Origin: Epithemia pelagica
Lineage: Eukaryota; Protista; Bacillariophyta
Length of the DNA stretch: 64,000 nt
Assembly (NCBI GenBank): GCA_946965045.2
Contig: OX337235.1
Coordinates: 62,001-126,000 of the forward strand
Direction of reading: 5' to 3'
Both the position numbers and the translations under genes were made by a program. Position 1 is the first letter of the stretch, and every line of letters starts with the position of its first letter. Under the pieces are notes generated by a model. That model had not been told where the DNA came from, did not search any database, and saw nothing but the letters and a program-made list of their open reading frames with translations. Positions 45,001 through 57,923 of the stretch are shown here, in pieces.

Positions 45001-47393
45001 TTCCCGCCATGTCCTTCTCTACTCTTGGCTCCAGGTTCCGAGGAACCGGATTGGGTCAAGCATTCGGCACTGGCGGTGCTATGCTGAAAGACACTGCCAT
45101 GTTCGTCCAACAGACGGCCTCGTACCGATCGCGGGAACAGCGAGGAGACCAGGGCTCGCGACTTTAGAGAGGACTTGATCATGCGACGTTGTCGTCGTTG
45201 TACCAAGATATCGTACACAACAAACAAGAGGAGTACCACGACAAAGGTGGCAATGGCTGCGCCTGTATACCAGGACGTGGAATCCTCGGATTGTTGTCGG
45301 TACTCCTGTTCGAATTCGAGCGTTGGATACACATGGAATCTGTATTGACAGGAACCGTCTTGTGGGCCATTACGAGCCGACAGCTCTTCTGTAACCTGGT
45401 GCTTCATGGAAGACGAGACCGTACTCGATAGCAGACTATCAAAGTCTTGAAAGGTTGTCGAATGGACCAAATGAGAATATTCGAGATCGTGTTTATCTCC
45501 GTTTCCTCGCCACGTCCACGAAGATCCGTCAGTGTGGATTTGGTAGCTAAAGATTTGTCCACACGAATTTTCAATCACAATGCAGAGAGACAAGCTATGG
45601 ACATCCTCCTTGTCTTTGATGTCGTTCATGGAACGATCCTCGCCATGCGCAAACGAGGTGCTCCAGACGAATTCCGATGCAATCGAGCCCAACAAAGGTC
45701 GCGCAGTGTCTGGGGCACTTGATTGTGTGCTCCAGACGGGAGTGTACAAGACCAACATTGGCTCACTATGAAAGGAGTCCTCATAGTTGGTACTGGAGGA
45801 CGCATCGTGATACATTGGGCCGTCTCGACTAAAGGTTCGCGACCACAAGGGTGCTCGACTGGTTTCCAGTTCCCGGAGAGATGCCGCACGCCTGGACACG
45901 GACATTTGATTCCACAAAAACAGTCGACTCGTCAATGGGCTGTCCTCACTAGTGCCTTTCTCAGCCTCACCATGCCCCAGCAGTGAGGACTCCATCCAAA
46001 TGGGAGAATAGGGCTATATATGCAGAATATATAGCGTAACAAACAAAACGGTGAGACCAGGCATATAGGACGGACACTCCTCTTCTTCTTGTGGGTTCTA
46101 TTGCTTGTGCAGCACGATAATACTACCGGAGGAGAGGTTTCGGGTTCCGCCACGCCTTGACTATCCCAGCGAAAAATGAACCGTTCTTTGGATTCCAGTT
46201 CCTCCAGTGGAGCAGGATGATTGCTCATGACATTCATCTCGTTGCTGGTGTCCGGTTGTGCTGGTGGAGGAGGATGGCCCATGGCGGCGGCGGCCCATTG
46301 CTCCAATTCCTGGCGCTCTTGCTCGGTTGTAATCCAGGGACTCCACGCAACTTGAACCGCCGCAGAAGCCAGTCGTTGCGTGCGCAACATGTCTTGTCCC
46401 AAAAGGATAGTGTCGTTGGCACTGGTGGCGGAGAATGCTTCGTGTTGTTGTGTGACTATCAAGTGCCAATGAGACAGTGAAGTGGCGGTACTTTGCGCGA
46501 CTTGATATTTCAATGCCAAATCGGGCCAAAAGACATTATGCATCCAATGGTCGGCTTGATCATGCCAATACTCTTCAAATTGTTCCGTGTGCACGTCATT
46601 GACATAGCGATGGACTTGGAAAATGGCCACGGCCGCCACGGCCACAAACAAGGTCAAGGCCACGAGACGGAGAATGCGCAAGGCTCGTGTTCCTCGACGA
46701 ATCCCAATGGCATCGGGCGAGTCATCCTCATCCAGGAGGGCAGCTTCGTCGTCACTGCTGTTGGCGTAGTAGTCCTTGGTAAAGGATTCCCGAATCACAG
46801 CCCCATCTTCTCCTTCGTCTCCGGCCATGGTACTTTGCGTCATGGAGGGATCATTGTGATAATATTCAGCATCCTCTTCATTATTATTATTATTGTTGTT
46901 GTTGTTGAATTGGTAACGCTGGAAAGAGTGGAGAGACTGGATGAGTGTCGTCATGTGTCGGTATGGAGGAGGAGGAAGATTCTGGGAGAGAATTCGGTGT
47001 TCGCGCCCCGCTCCCAAACCAAGGAGCTTTCGGTGGAAAAGTCGTTGTCGTCGTTGCATCGGGGGCACCACTGCCAGCCCAGAGAATTTCCTTGGGTTCT
47101 TGTTGTTGTGGTGGTGGCGGATTCTTGTTTTTTGTCTTTTGTTGTTTGTTCCTTTTCTTTCTTGTTTTGGGGCTGTTGTTGGCAAAACTCACCGAAGGAA
47201 AAGTGCTGGTCTGGAAAGGACGAGGACGAGGTTGGTGCTGGCGATGTGCCGATGCGGTGGCGTCATTGACTTCTTCTTGTTGTTCATCGGAAAAGACGGC
47301 TCCACTCTCCTGGTCTCTAGGATCCTCGTGGTGTTGATCATATCCATCGAGAACATGAATGTGAGCAAAGGAATCATTGTTACCCACATTCAT
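42056..47393 (-). CDS. Receptor-type guanylyl/adenylyl cyclase fused to an HD-type cyclic nucleotide phosphodiesterase (multi-exon; 5' structure uncertain)
   Basis: Two TM helices flank an extracellular domain. Cyclase motifs IMFLDIAGFTAWSS, KIETIGDSY, GLHSG, RFQLFGDTMNTASRMES. PDE motifs HNFE-HASHV, ALIHDVDHPG, VMATD, QAADVAH. Phase-compatible introns after YVAVT, HNFE and RKAT; frame change near 46890. Confidence 0.9.
42755..42966 (-). repeat. Coding minisatellite (LSNSSHHR(Q)n-like, about 6 degenerate units) inside the PDE domain
   Basis: gatgatg(a/g)ctagaattgctg recurs; translation SSHHKRQALGDSSHHRQQQQGPSNSSHHRRQQQEQGLSNSSHHRQQQGLSNSSHHRQQ. Confidence 0.85.
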
Positions 47394-49255
47394 GATGATG
47401 ATGCAAAGAGAAGAGGGACCTGTTGTGGATATATGTGCGATGTGTATAAATGTGGTGATTCAGGAGAAGAAACGTATGGTTAGTGACTTGCAACACTGCC
47501 CTGGTGTGACGTGAAGTGGCAATGGTTGGTTCTTGCTATCGCAAGCTCTTTGTCCTGTCAACAGTCGAACCGGAGGTTTCTCGGAGGAATCCCAAACGAG
47601 ATTCTCAACGGGTGTTCTTTTTCTTTCTGTCTACCTAGCTTGTTTTGTTCGTGAGCTTTTGTGGGCGCATCAAAAAATAATAGCTGGCCTTGGCTTAAGC
47701 TCTCTTTCTCTCTTTCTCTCAAACGAGGAGGATAAGAGCAAGGAGAGAAGGTATTACTTTTTTGTGGATTGTGGAGAGTTGGTGGTTGCTGGAGCACGAG
47801 CAATACCACGATCGAAAATGTGATGCAGTCTCGACACCACACACCAAAAGTCGTCTTGCGCTGTGGGGACCCATAAATATCATTCAATGTCAATGCGAGC
47901 CGTGTATCACTCCTGAGCGCAACGCTTTCCATTATAGTTTTAGTAAGTTCATTGCATGATCTGATATACCAACGCTTGGAACTATGACCCTCCAAGACCC
48001 AAGACCAATCGAATGACAGAAGTTAGAAGTTAGCTTGAGTAGCTTTATATTTAACTACAGTGGTGGTGTTGGTCCCAACCGAGATGCCCAAACCTTCGAC
48101 AAAAGCCTCCTTCAAGGACCTGACAGTTTACAGTATAATACCCTGAAGATGACCAAAACACTTCAAAAGTCCGTAGCTCAAAAAGTATCAGTTCCGGCTT
48201 AGCTACAGATATATGAGTATTGGTCGGGATAGCCTACAATACTACATAATATTATATATCTTTTGTAGTCCTCCTCGCAACCAAGATACAAGATACGCGA
48301 CAGTTGAAATCCCCATAGGAGTATTTTCTGAAAGCGAACGGAATACCTACTCCTACTAGCTATGAGCTATTAGAGAGACTACTCAGGGTAGTCTACCACA
48401 GAAAAATGTGGACAAGAGGTAAGAGTCTGGTTGTACAGCAATTTGGAATTCGGCGTCAACGAAAAAAGGCCTACACCGATCATGGAATCACTCCGGACAA
48501 CAGGAGTCTGCACAACAAACAAGCGACGAATGGAGACAAACGACCAAGACGAATAGATGAAGGCCTTTCTGGCTTGGATCTATACTAGTAGAGAGCCTAT
48601 CGAGTCGAATTCCACATACAGCGAACGGTCGTTGTCAAGTACGTGGGTCTGGGGACAAACGAATCAAGGATTGATGAGCGCAGATCGAAAGCAACACCCC
48701 ATTCCCACAATCGACGTTTTACGAGACACTATTCCTCACCCAGTGAACCCGTAATGGTCCCGTTGCATCCATCACTCATCCTGGGTTTTCCAAAGCGACA
48801 ACGAGTCTTGCTGCACCTGGCAGTTGTTGAGTCATTGTTGGCATCACTGTGGGTTCGGACCATTGACCAGAGAGACGGACACACAGATTTTTTTGCGCAT
48901 GTAAAAAACCGCATTCCGCATGTCTGGGCTTGGACTTCCCAGTCGCGTTCATCTTCAACGTTTCTCAGTCGCGTTCGATCTACTGTTTCACCTAGAGTGG
49001 ACAAAACTTTTCCATGTGTATCGTCCGCGAGACCCACAACTGCTCCTACATGCGACCACACGTATAGACTTTATCCTACAGTCAAAGATAGAGGGGTTGA
49101 TCCAGCAGGCACGCCCGCGTGCCAGTTCCCAGTCGCGAACCCACACCAATGAAAACAGTCAGTGCGTCGCCACAAAGATCTTGAGAGGCTCACAAAAAGT
49201 TTTATCGTCGAATAAAAGACATTGAACAGTGCCCCTAGTATAAAGTCGTTGAACC

Positions 49256-51968
49256 ATGTTGGCCAGAAACATGAAGGACGAGCCAGAAGATGAGATTTTC
49301 GTGGCCCCATCGGCGCCGTACGAAGTCGGCAATGTGGAAGGAGGAGGAGGCGGAGACGTGACATGGACCGACAGCAACAACAAGCAAAGCACGGTTGGTA
49401 CGGCCACTGAAGATGACAACGAACAAAATAGCAATTATATATTTGACAATGATGAGGGACAAGCTGACGACGAAGACGACGACGAAGATGAAGATGAAAC
49501 CAACAATGATGTAGAAGAACCATCATCTTTTGGTGGAAACAAGAATGGACTGGGTGTCCCTCCTGCTTCCATGGTTCCACCGACTGTCCACAAGGGTAAA
49601 AAGATGGCACTCATTATTGGTCTTTCGTGCTGTTGCGCAATTCTTGTGGGTGTTGTTGCTGCGAGCATGATTTACGTCTTTGTGGTTGACGATGGCGACG
49701 ACGGCAACAAAAACAGTGCTGGCGGCGGAGGCAGCAGTGGTGGTGACGGCGGTGGAGAAGGAGGCTCCTCTGTCAATGGTGTAGCTGGTGGTCGTACCTG
49801 TGCGTTGGCCAGTCCCATTGAATTTGGATCTACTTCTGCTCCCGTTGGCAGTCCACAAACCTTGCAGATACGCGGCGACACACGTCTCGGTGGTTCTACA
49901 CCGTCCACCACAGCATGTGGTCTTTCGGCCACGGCCGGACCGGGTGTCTTTTACAAGTTGGAAGGCGTCACTGGACAAGTTCGCATGAGCCTCTGCCCCA
50001 CCAACTTTGACCAGAACCGCAAGAATGGATTCAATGATATCAATGTCATGCGAGTCGGTGTCGTGACAGGAAATTGCGGAGGAGACGACCAATTTGATTC
50101 CAATCGTGAGGTGCAATGTGTGACTACCCAGGCCTGGTCCAGCGTGAACTTTTGTCGTCCCGAATCGTCTTTACTCAGCTGGACTGCATTGGCCAGTGAA
50201 ACCTATTTCATTTATGTTCAAGACTATGACAGTCTGGACGAAACACCAGGAGGAAGCTTTGACTTGACCATTACCAAAGAGGGGGTGACCAACGCAGTGG
50301 ATCCCGTACAATCCTTGGGGGATTTTGAAGGAACCGTATCGGACGATACCATGGGATACCGAGTGGCCATGTCGGCCGATGGATCCATTGTGGCTACCAC
50401 GAGCGGAGGCATCTCACGACAAGGCTCTGTTCAACTGTTTCGTCGTACCAGCGCGGGCACCTATCAACAGGAAAAGTCGCTCTTACCAACCGCAAGTGCC
50501 GCAAACGAACTTCAGTTTGGATGGCACATTGCCATGTCGAGCAATGGTAAACGTCTGGTAGTAAACAGTCGCACGACTGTCCAAGTATTTGACATTGTGT
50601 CCGATGTGTCCAATCTCAACCAAGAATTGGAGTTTGAAACACAACAAGAATTCGACCTGAATGTAGTACAGTATGAAGTCGACTCGGTAGCCATTTCGGA
50701 CAATGGTGACGTCATCGCCCTGAACCACTTTAGCCAAGGTATTGTTCGATTCTTTCATTGGGATGACGGCTTGATGAGGTGGACGACACGTGTCAATGAC
50801 ATTGTCCTGTCGGGTGTGGGAGCATTGCCCAATCTCGTTTCGTACGATAGGACCGTAGCCTTATCGAATGGGCGTGATCGACTGGCCCTTGTGGGAAAGG
50901 ATCAAGTCGCTCGTCTCTATGTCGTGGACGATATCGATTCGGCTGGATTGGCAATTGCGGAATGGAGACTTGTCTTGTCCATTCCCCAAGTCACAGCCGT
51001 AAACCTGAATGGGGATTGTTTGGTGGTGGGTCTGAAACAAGAGGTCATGGTGTGGTGTCATGACCGCGAAACGTCCAGTACTGAACAATGGGGAGAAACT
51101 CTGGTCTTGCCCAACGATGATGCTCGGTCCAACAGCACCAGTACCAATGGAACGGTGGTTCATTCGGTGAGTCTCTCGGATGATGGTAACGTCTTGGTTG
51201 TGGGGACACCCTTTTATTCGCCCAGCAATACCACCCAAGGTGCTGGTCGCGTCGCAGTGTACCAGAAAAAGAACCAGCAATGGGAGGTTGTGGAACAAGT
51301 CATTTCGGATTCCGAAGGAGATCAATTCGGGTACGTTACGAGCCATGATGATGCGGCTGGTTCGGGAGGCGAGTGCTCGGCAATGAGACGGTTTGATTGC
51401 TTACCCACAATGTGCTATTTTTCGTTCTGTCTTGCCTTCTTGTTCGTGTCATTCTTTGTTTAGTTGGACCACGGCCGTATCCAAAGATGGGTCGACCATT
51501 GTGGCGGGGGCGCCATTCTATGGAAATGCCAACACCAACGCGGCAAACAGTGGACGGATTCGCATTTCCAAAATCGTTGCTCCACAGAATAGTACAAATA
51601 CTACCGGTACGGGAGGTTCCTCGACCAACAGCAATTCTACCGCCACGGGAGGCTCCTCGACCAACAACAATTCTACTGCCACGGGTGGTTCCTCGACCAA
51701 CAACAATTCTACCACCACGGGTGGCTCTTCGTCAAACAGCAATTCTACCACCACGGGTGGTCCTTCGGACAAGAACAACAATAGCACCAACAGTGGTGAT
51801 GTCGCCAGTGGTGGCAACACGACCACTGCCATTGGTTCCGCCAACACGACCACGGACAGCGACGGCCAAAATCGTACAGGATTACGAAGAACCAACACCA
51901 AAGCTTCCAAGAATACGTCCACTCGTCGCAGCTATCACCAGCAGTGGAATCCAACACAATGGTGGTAG
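49256..51968 (+). CDS. Beta-propeller family copy 3 (859 aa, 2 exons) with an extra Cys-containing domain and a glycosylation-type repeat tail
   Basis: Same blades and same intron position (51331-51463) as copy 1; TM IIGLSCCCAILVGVVAASMIYVFVV; about 160-aa insert CALASP...SLCPTNFD...VQCV. Confidence 0.87.
51608..51785 (+). repeat. 36-bp coding tandem repeat x5 (TGGSSTNNNSTA)
   Basis: acgggaggttcctcgaccaacagcaattctaccgcc and variants; each unit carries an N-S-T sequon. Confidence 0.9.
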
Positions 51969-52527
51969 AGTACGTGTTTCTGCTTTGGTTCGGTATACAA
52001 AAATAACAGTCCCTCAATCCTGTGATATCCTGTATTCAATTTCCAGTGTTCCGCATGTATTCAGAGTCGCATCCAGTACACGTTTGAGGAGAGACCACCT
52101 TGTATACCGACCTTCTCGTACAGCTTGGTGGTGTTCAACGACGATTGTGCTTTGCTAGAATCCACCAGCCAGTATCATCCTTCTTCGGTGGCTGCTTCTG
52201 GGTAAAAGGGCATGCAACGTTTCTTCTTGCCGTATTCCTCTCTTTCTTTACGAGCGGCTAATCATAGAGTGTCATGACTGCCAGTCATAGAGCCCGCCAC
52301 AGTAGGTAGTGTGGACATCACGTTCCATGTATCCTTTTATTTCTATATCCAACAAACTCAGTACAACTAATGTGAATCCTTTCCAATAGTATACTTCCTC
52401 TCTCTATTCTCGTTCTCTCTCTTTCGAGAGGAATCTAGCTAGAGAGGGACAAGACACGGACGTTTGCCACAAGAAGGCCACGCATGCCGGAAGCAATGGA
52501 CCGTCTCTCTCCTTGTCGCTGTGGAAA

Positions 52528-53388
52528 CTAATACCATCCCAAGATTCCAACCAGCATAATGGGCAACAGACCAAGGAACCGCCACCCTTCTCTTGTTGCT
52601 GCTGGTAGGAGTGTTTGTGTTGCACTACTCGTGGTTCGCAAACTTGCTGGATTGGCAAGAGGTTGATCATTGTCGGTGACACGGGAATCGCATTCGACCG
52701 AATAGGGACTTTGGGTTCCCGTATTGGTCATGAGGGCAAACAAGAGTTCGAGTTGTTGTTCCACGCCTTGCAATAAAATGTCGGCTTCTCGTTCGGCAGC
52801 CTGTCCCAAATCATTGCGATTGCAATGAGTCGGATCGGCACATTCATCGGAATTCAAATATTGAAACACGACGGTATCGACAATATCAATAATGCCATTG
52901 TTGGTCTGCAACAAGGTACAGGTAATTTGGACATGATATTCCCAAATGGCACCACCAGCGTCTTGGACACAGGCTTGGACAAAGTCTCGCGACGACGGCA
53001 AGGTATTTTCATCCACTTGACAAATGTCGGCATTGGAATCGCACAAGGACACGGCTTGTTCCACCTCGTCCGACAAGTCTAGAGAGGCTTGCTGGAGAGC
53101 AAAGTTATCTTGTTTCAATTCCAGCAAGGCATTCGAACAGTCCTTCGACAAGGTTTGACGGCCATGGTCCAACAACGGAAATTTCGATTCGACAAACGTG
53201 GCTTGGTTCGATCGACTCTTGCGGCTCGTGCGATACACATTGGCAACCGCCGTGTGGAACGCTTGTTGCATGCGTTCGGTAGTATCGTTTTCCGGAGACT
53301 CCTCCTCCTTTTCGTGTTTGGTTTGAATGGCATGGCACGACACGAGCGGAAGGAGCCATAGCAGCAGGAGTGGGGTCGTTCGGTACAT
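52528..53388 (-). CDS. Secreted, possibly GPI-anchored Cys-containing hypothetical protein (about 286 aa)
   Basis: Signal peptide MYRTTPLLLLWLLPLVSCHA; spaced Cys residues; Ser/Thr/Ala spacer and hydrophobic C-terminus FLGLLPIMLVGILGWY. Confidence 0.75.
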   Translation of the reverse strand: MYRTTPLLLLWLLPLVSCHAIQTKHEKEEESPENDTTERMQQAFHTAVANVYRTSRKSRSNQATFVESKFPLLDHGRQTLSKDCSNALLELKQDNFALQQASLDLSDEVEQAVSLCDSNADICQVDENTLPSSRDFVQACVQDAGGAIWEYHVQITCTLLQTNNGIIDIVDTVVFQYLNSDECADPTHCNRNDLGQAAEREADILLQGVEQQLELLFALMTNTGTQSPYSVECDSRVTDNDQPLANPASLRTTSSATQTLLPAATREGWRFLGLLPIMLVGILGWY

Positions 53389-54396
53389 GGTTGGCACAGT
53401 CCTGGTCACTTTTTGGGGGGGTATATAGTTCCTCCGAATGTTGGACTTCTAGTAATAGAGGAGCAAATTTGAAAACAAACCACGGTTCGAGTTTGTCGTT
53501 TCCAACCAAAAGAGTCCAGGGAGAGTAAGAGGATTACCAGAGTCTCGGAGACTGCAAAAGAGAGCAAGATATGGATTGTGACGAAGAAGTGTTCAAACGA
53601 ACGCGGTGTGTCTATTCGCTGCGATTTCTCAATATCGAGAAAACGGCGAGATGCCCCATGGTCCCCCAAACAGAACGAACGGGGCATTTCGAAAGTTCCA
53701 TGGGCCTACTGTTTTGGATCTCGCAGGGTGGCACAGCTTTTTGCTAGGAGCATAGTAGAGAATGGCGACGAGTCCTATCTCTAATACTTCTACCTAGTAT
53801 ACCGATTCTTCTGTCCAGGAATGGACGACCATGACCTTCCTCCTCCTCCACTACTCCGTTTCAATGCTGCGCTTCACACCCTGTCCAAAGGATCCTCTAG
53901 CTCTAGAGGTAGTAGTAGAGACTGGACGCATCGAACGACCATCCATATATAGTAGAAGAAAAAGCCCCACACTTTCTCATGGCTCTAATGGAACCAGCAG
54001 CCAATGCCTTCTAGCTAGAGTCCACTACTATAGTGGAGAAAGCATTCGGCAATTTCTCATGGCTGTGTGTGTTGGTCGGACCAGGTGAGTTTGGTTGGTG
54101 GACCATACCAAAGAAGAAAACTACCTCCTCCTCAACCAAAAGACTATACCCAACAAGAGCGAATTGTTGAAAGAGGAATAACAATAACTATTCCTTGCTA
54201 ATTCCTACTCATCGTTCGCGACAGAGATTGAAAACCAGTGGTAGACATTCGGATATGGCGATTCCAAGTAACCAGCATAGGATTGCAGTGCGATGCATCA
54301 TATTATGCAGGTCGAGCACAGAAATTTGAAACGAAATGGAGGATGACAATATCTAGTATTATCTGTGTAAGAAGCACAACAGTAGGAGTTTCGGAA

Positions 54397-57300
54397 TCAT
54401 TTCCTTCCTTGAGATCTCCGTAGAAACATATTCGTTTCCTTGCTCTGTGTTGTGGTGGTCTGTGCCAGACTACTGGCACTTGTTGTCGATGGACCGGTTG
54501 GTGTGGGAGCGGGGGTGGGGGCATTGCCATCCCCCAAAACGACCAAACTCACACCTTAAAAGGGCGTCGATGCGACCATTCGGAAATGCACCGTCGCCCC
54601 TTTTGTGGGCTTGTGAAAGGTACAGGTTTCAAAATTCGACGCGGAACCCGACCTGCAATCGTAGTTTGTCGTCGTGGGTGACGTGCCCCATTGGACGTAC
54701 AAATCGGCATCGCCCAATCCACCAATGATTCGAACCTCCACCACATCCGCCGCATGATCCAATAGGTAACTTCCCGTAATGCTTTCGCCCACCACCGCAA
54801 CCGATTGGAACGAGACTTGCTTCAAAACTTTGAAACAAGAAAAGGTATCCACGCTCATACAATCGGCCGAACATTGAAATCGTCCTCCAAACAAATAGCC
54901 TTGATTTTCGCAAGTCGTGGCAAAGGATTTCATATCGCACACCTCTCCTACATCCGTTTGAAGAATCCCATCTCCGCACACGCGTGGTACCGTGGGTTCC
55001 ACAGTAGGTGTGGGTGGCGTGATGGGTGCCAAGGTGGGTGTTCCGACGGGCGGAGTTCCATCCGTCAAGACCAAAACGTCCAAACCAGTTACATTCATGT
55101 TCCCCGCCGCGTGTAACATCAGGTAGTACGTACCCGATTCGTGAAAGGTACATTGTTCGTTGTTCCCATTGGCCACCGAGAGACAGTCATAATCCGTCAG
55201 TGTGGGAGGACTATTCTTTCGAACGTACAAATCCACATCGCCAACAGTAGTCCCGCGTCCTCAAGTTTCAAATCGAAGGACGGTCATCCCCCCGTAATTG
55301 GCATTGACAGTCTCGCCATTGAACGTGTACTCGGTCCCGGCGCTGAGGGACATATTGCCTTGTCGAAACAAGGCCTTGAGACAACCGACATGAGAATTGA
55401 CAATGGAACAGGTAGAATCACAGGTCAACTGACCCGGCAACGATCCATCCAAGGAGGTGGGATATTGATAGTCGGCACAGGTCAAATTCCCAAAATCCTT
55501 GCCATCGCAAGTTTCCGATCCTTGCACAATGCCATCTCCACAAACGGGTGAGGCGGTCGGACCGGGTGTAAAGGCTGTCGTGGTTGTCGTTCCAGATAAT
55601 ACATTGGGTGGATTGCCATTGCTAAAAAAAAACGATCAATTCGATTCGATCGGAGGAGGTAAATCCCCTAACAAAGAACTGGTAGGTTCCGTTGGCATTT
55701 TCTTGATAAAACGAACACACTTCTTCGGATGTAAAACCCTCGGATTTGCAATCGTACATTGATAGAGAATCGGGCGCTGTCGTTCCCCGATGGACGTACA
55801 AATCGGCGTCACCTTGGTAGGCCGACAATTCGAATTGCACGACATCTGCCGGCCAATTGACGGTAAATTCTCCTTCATAAGTGAAACCTGGTCTCAAATG
55901 AAACCATCCCGTCGTGTACACTAACTTGTAACAATTGTCGGTATGTACTTTACAGTCGGGTGTGCAGGTCAAATTGCCTCCGTAGTAAAATCCCCGCATT
56001 TCGCAACTATCGTCGGTTCCAAAGTCATTGCCATCGCATTCTTCCAACTCGTCGTTATCCAAGTGGCCATTGCCACACATTGCGGCCGGGTACGAAACAC
56101 ATTTTAAAAATTCGTACGCATTCACCAACCCGGCACCAAGTTTGCCTTCCAGGAATCCGGAAATCCGAAAGGGTTGATACTTGTCCAAATCGTCGGCGGT
56201 TTGAAACAGACAGGTCTTGAGCTCGTCCGCTGTCGCATGGGGTTTCATGGTCCACCCCAGAGCCAAAATGGCCGCGATTTGCGGGCAGGCAAAGCTCGTC
56301 CCGCTTTTGTTGCCATAGGAATTCTGAATGACCGTCGACAAAATATTGACACCGGGTGCTGCGATATCCACCCAGGTACCAAAATTTGTAAACAAGGGCG
56401 CCTCTTTGCGATTGTTGGTGGCCGCCACAGCAATTGTTTGAGAATAGTAGCCAGGATAGAATGCCTGTTGCGAACCGGAATTGCCAGCGGCAAACACAAC
56501 GAGCATATCCATGACTTGTGTGCAATAATCAATCGCTTCCAACACTGGTAAATTGAAGACATTAGGTACAATCGCACCCCATGAATTGCAACTAATGCGT
56601 GCACCATTGTTGGCCGCATAGGCCAAGGATTCCGCAAAGCCGCCCTGGCGGGGGGCCCCAGTCTCGTTCACACCAAACACGACACCATGCATCAGGGAAA
56701 CTCCCGGCAAGCCCGCTTGCCAATTGCCACCCGCGACTCCCGCGACACCAATGCCATTGTTCGTCTTGGCACCAATGGTACCAGCCACATGGGTTCCATG
56801 GAATCCATCGCCGGCCGCAACGTCCCCATTGTCGGAAACAAAATTGTAACCATGACAATCGTCAATGTATCCATTGCCATCATTGTCAATGCCATCAGAG
56901 CAATCCGTCTCCCCGGGATTGACCCACGACGTGCCTGGTGCCGGACCAATCGCACATGAGTCCAACACCGACCATTGAAACAGCAGCAATGAGTGAGAAA
57001 CCCGTTTCTCCATCATCAACAAGAACAACAGCCACAGGAGGACAAGACCTCAGGTTAGACATACCATTCAAGTCTTCATGCGTAATTTCCGCGCCCGAAT
57101 CCTGAACATGAACGACAATATTCGGCGCATACTTCCAGGCTCCGGTGGACTGCATCAAATCCCAGGCCGCATACAAATCAATGGCTTGAAAAAAGTCATC
57201 TTGCTCGTTTCGCAAAGGGTCATTGGAAAATAGGGTATCTTGCTGGGCCGTTCGACGATCATGATGATGATGATGATGATGTGGTGGTGGTGAAAACGAA

Positions 57301-57923
57301 GAGGAGGAACGGTGTGGTTTGTGTGGTTCGTTGTCAAAGAGCATCATGTCGGTTTCCACCGTGACACGTTCCAATCCCAAGACTTGAGGACCATCTCGTT
57401 GGACCAAGGCTTGTAATTTCAACACGGCTTGTTCGGCTCGTTCTCCCGGCAACCTGACATTGTCGGTTGCTGTGTTGGTGGCGGCTGAAGCCTTTTGCCC
57501 CGGTGGTGCGAGGCATGACGCTTGATACCAACGCGTCAAGCCAAAGGCTTTCATTTTGGCTTCTTGTTCCGGTTGGGCCTCTGGAAAGATGCGACGAGGC
57601 TTGTGACAAAAGCCGTCAGTCGCCTCGACAATCGTATCGGCATACTTTGGATACTCCTTGTCGTCGGCCAAGTGTCGCAATTTGATTTGCAAGACATCGT
57701 GGACCATGCCCTCGACGACATGCTGTCTCAAGTCGCGGGCATGATGCAAAAAGACGGAATCATGATCCATTTTGTCATTGTTATTGTTCCAATCATCTCC
57801 CTTGTTGGTTTCTTGGGCCATACAAAAAGTGTGTGGCTGCAAGAATGCACAAAACATCAATAAACCCCAAACCAGGCCAAATAGGCCGCGAGGTCGATGC
57901 TTGTCATACCGGAACGCCTTCAT
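54397..57923 (-). CDS. Subtilisin-like S8 serine protease with PPC domains and Cys-rich CGDG/CGNG repeats; 3' half disrupted
   Basis: Catalytic motifs VQDSG, HGTHVAGTIGA, AAGN, SGTSFACP; intron 56935-57064; PPC motif GDADLYV...YDC x3. Extra T in a T9 run (stop at 55622) and in-frame stops at 55261 and 54556. Confidence 0.88.

Noticed and set aside
48600-49152. Overlapping 100-170 aa ORFs upstream of beta-propeller copy 3
   Set aside because: No recognisable domain. It could be a decayed gene fragment, but this cannot be supported from the sequence alone.
54020-54037. Small hairpin tccacta-cta-tagtgga near CTAG words (Helitron-like 3' end?)
   Set aside because: A 7-bp stem is expected by chance, the CTAG is on the wrong side, and no 5' TC end or repeat copy is evident.
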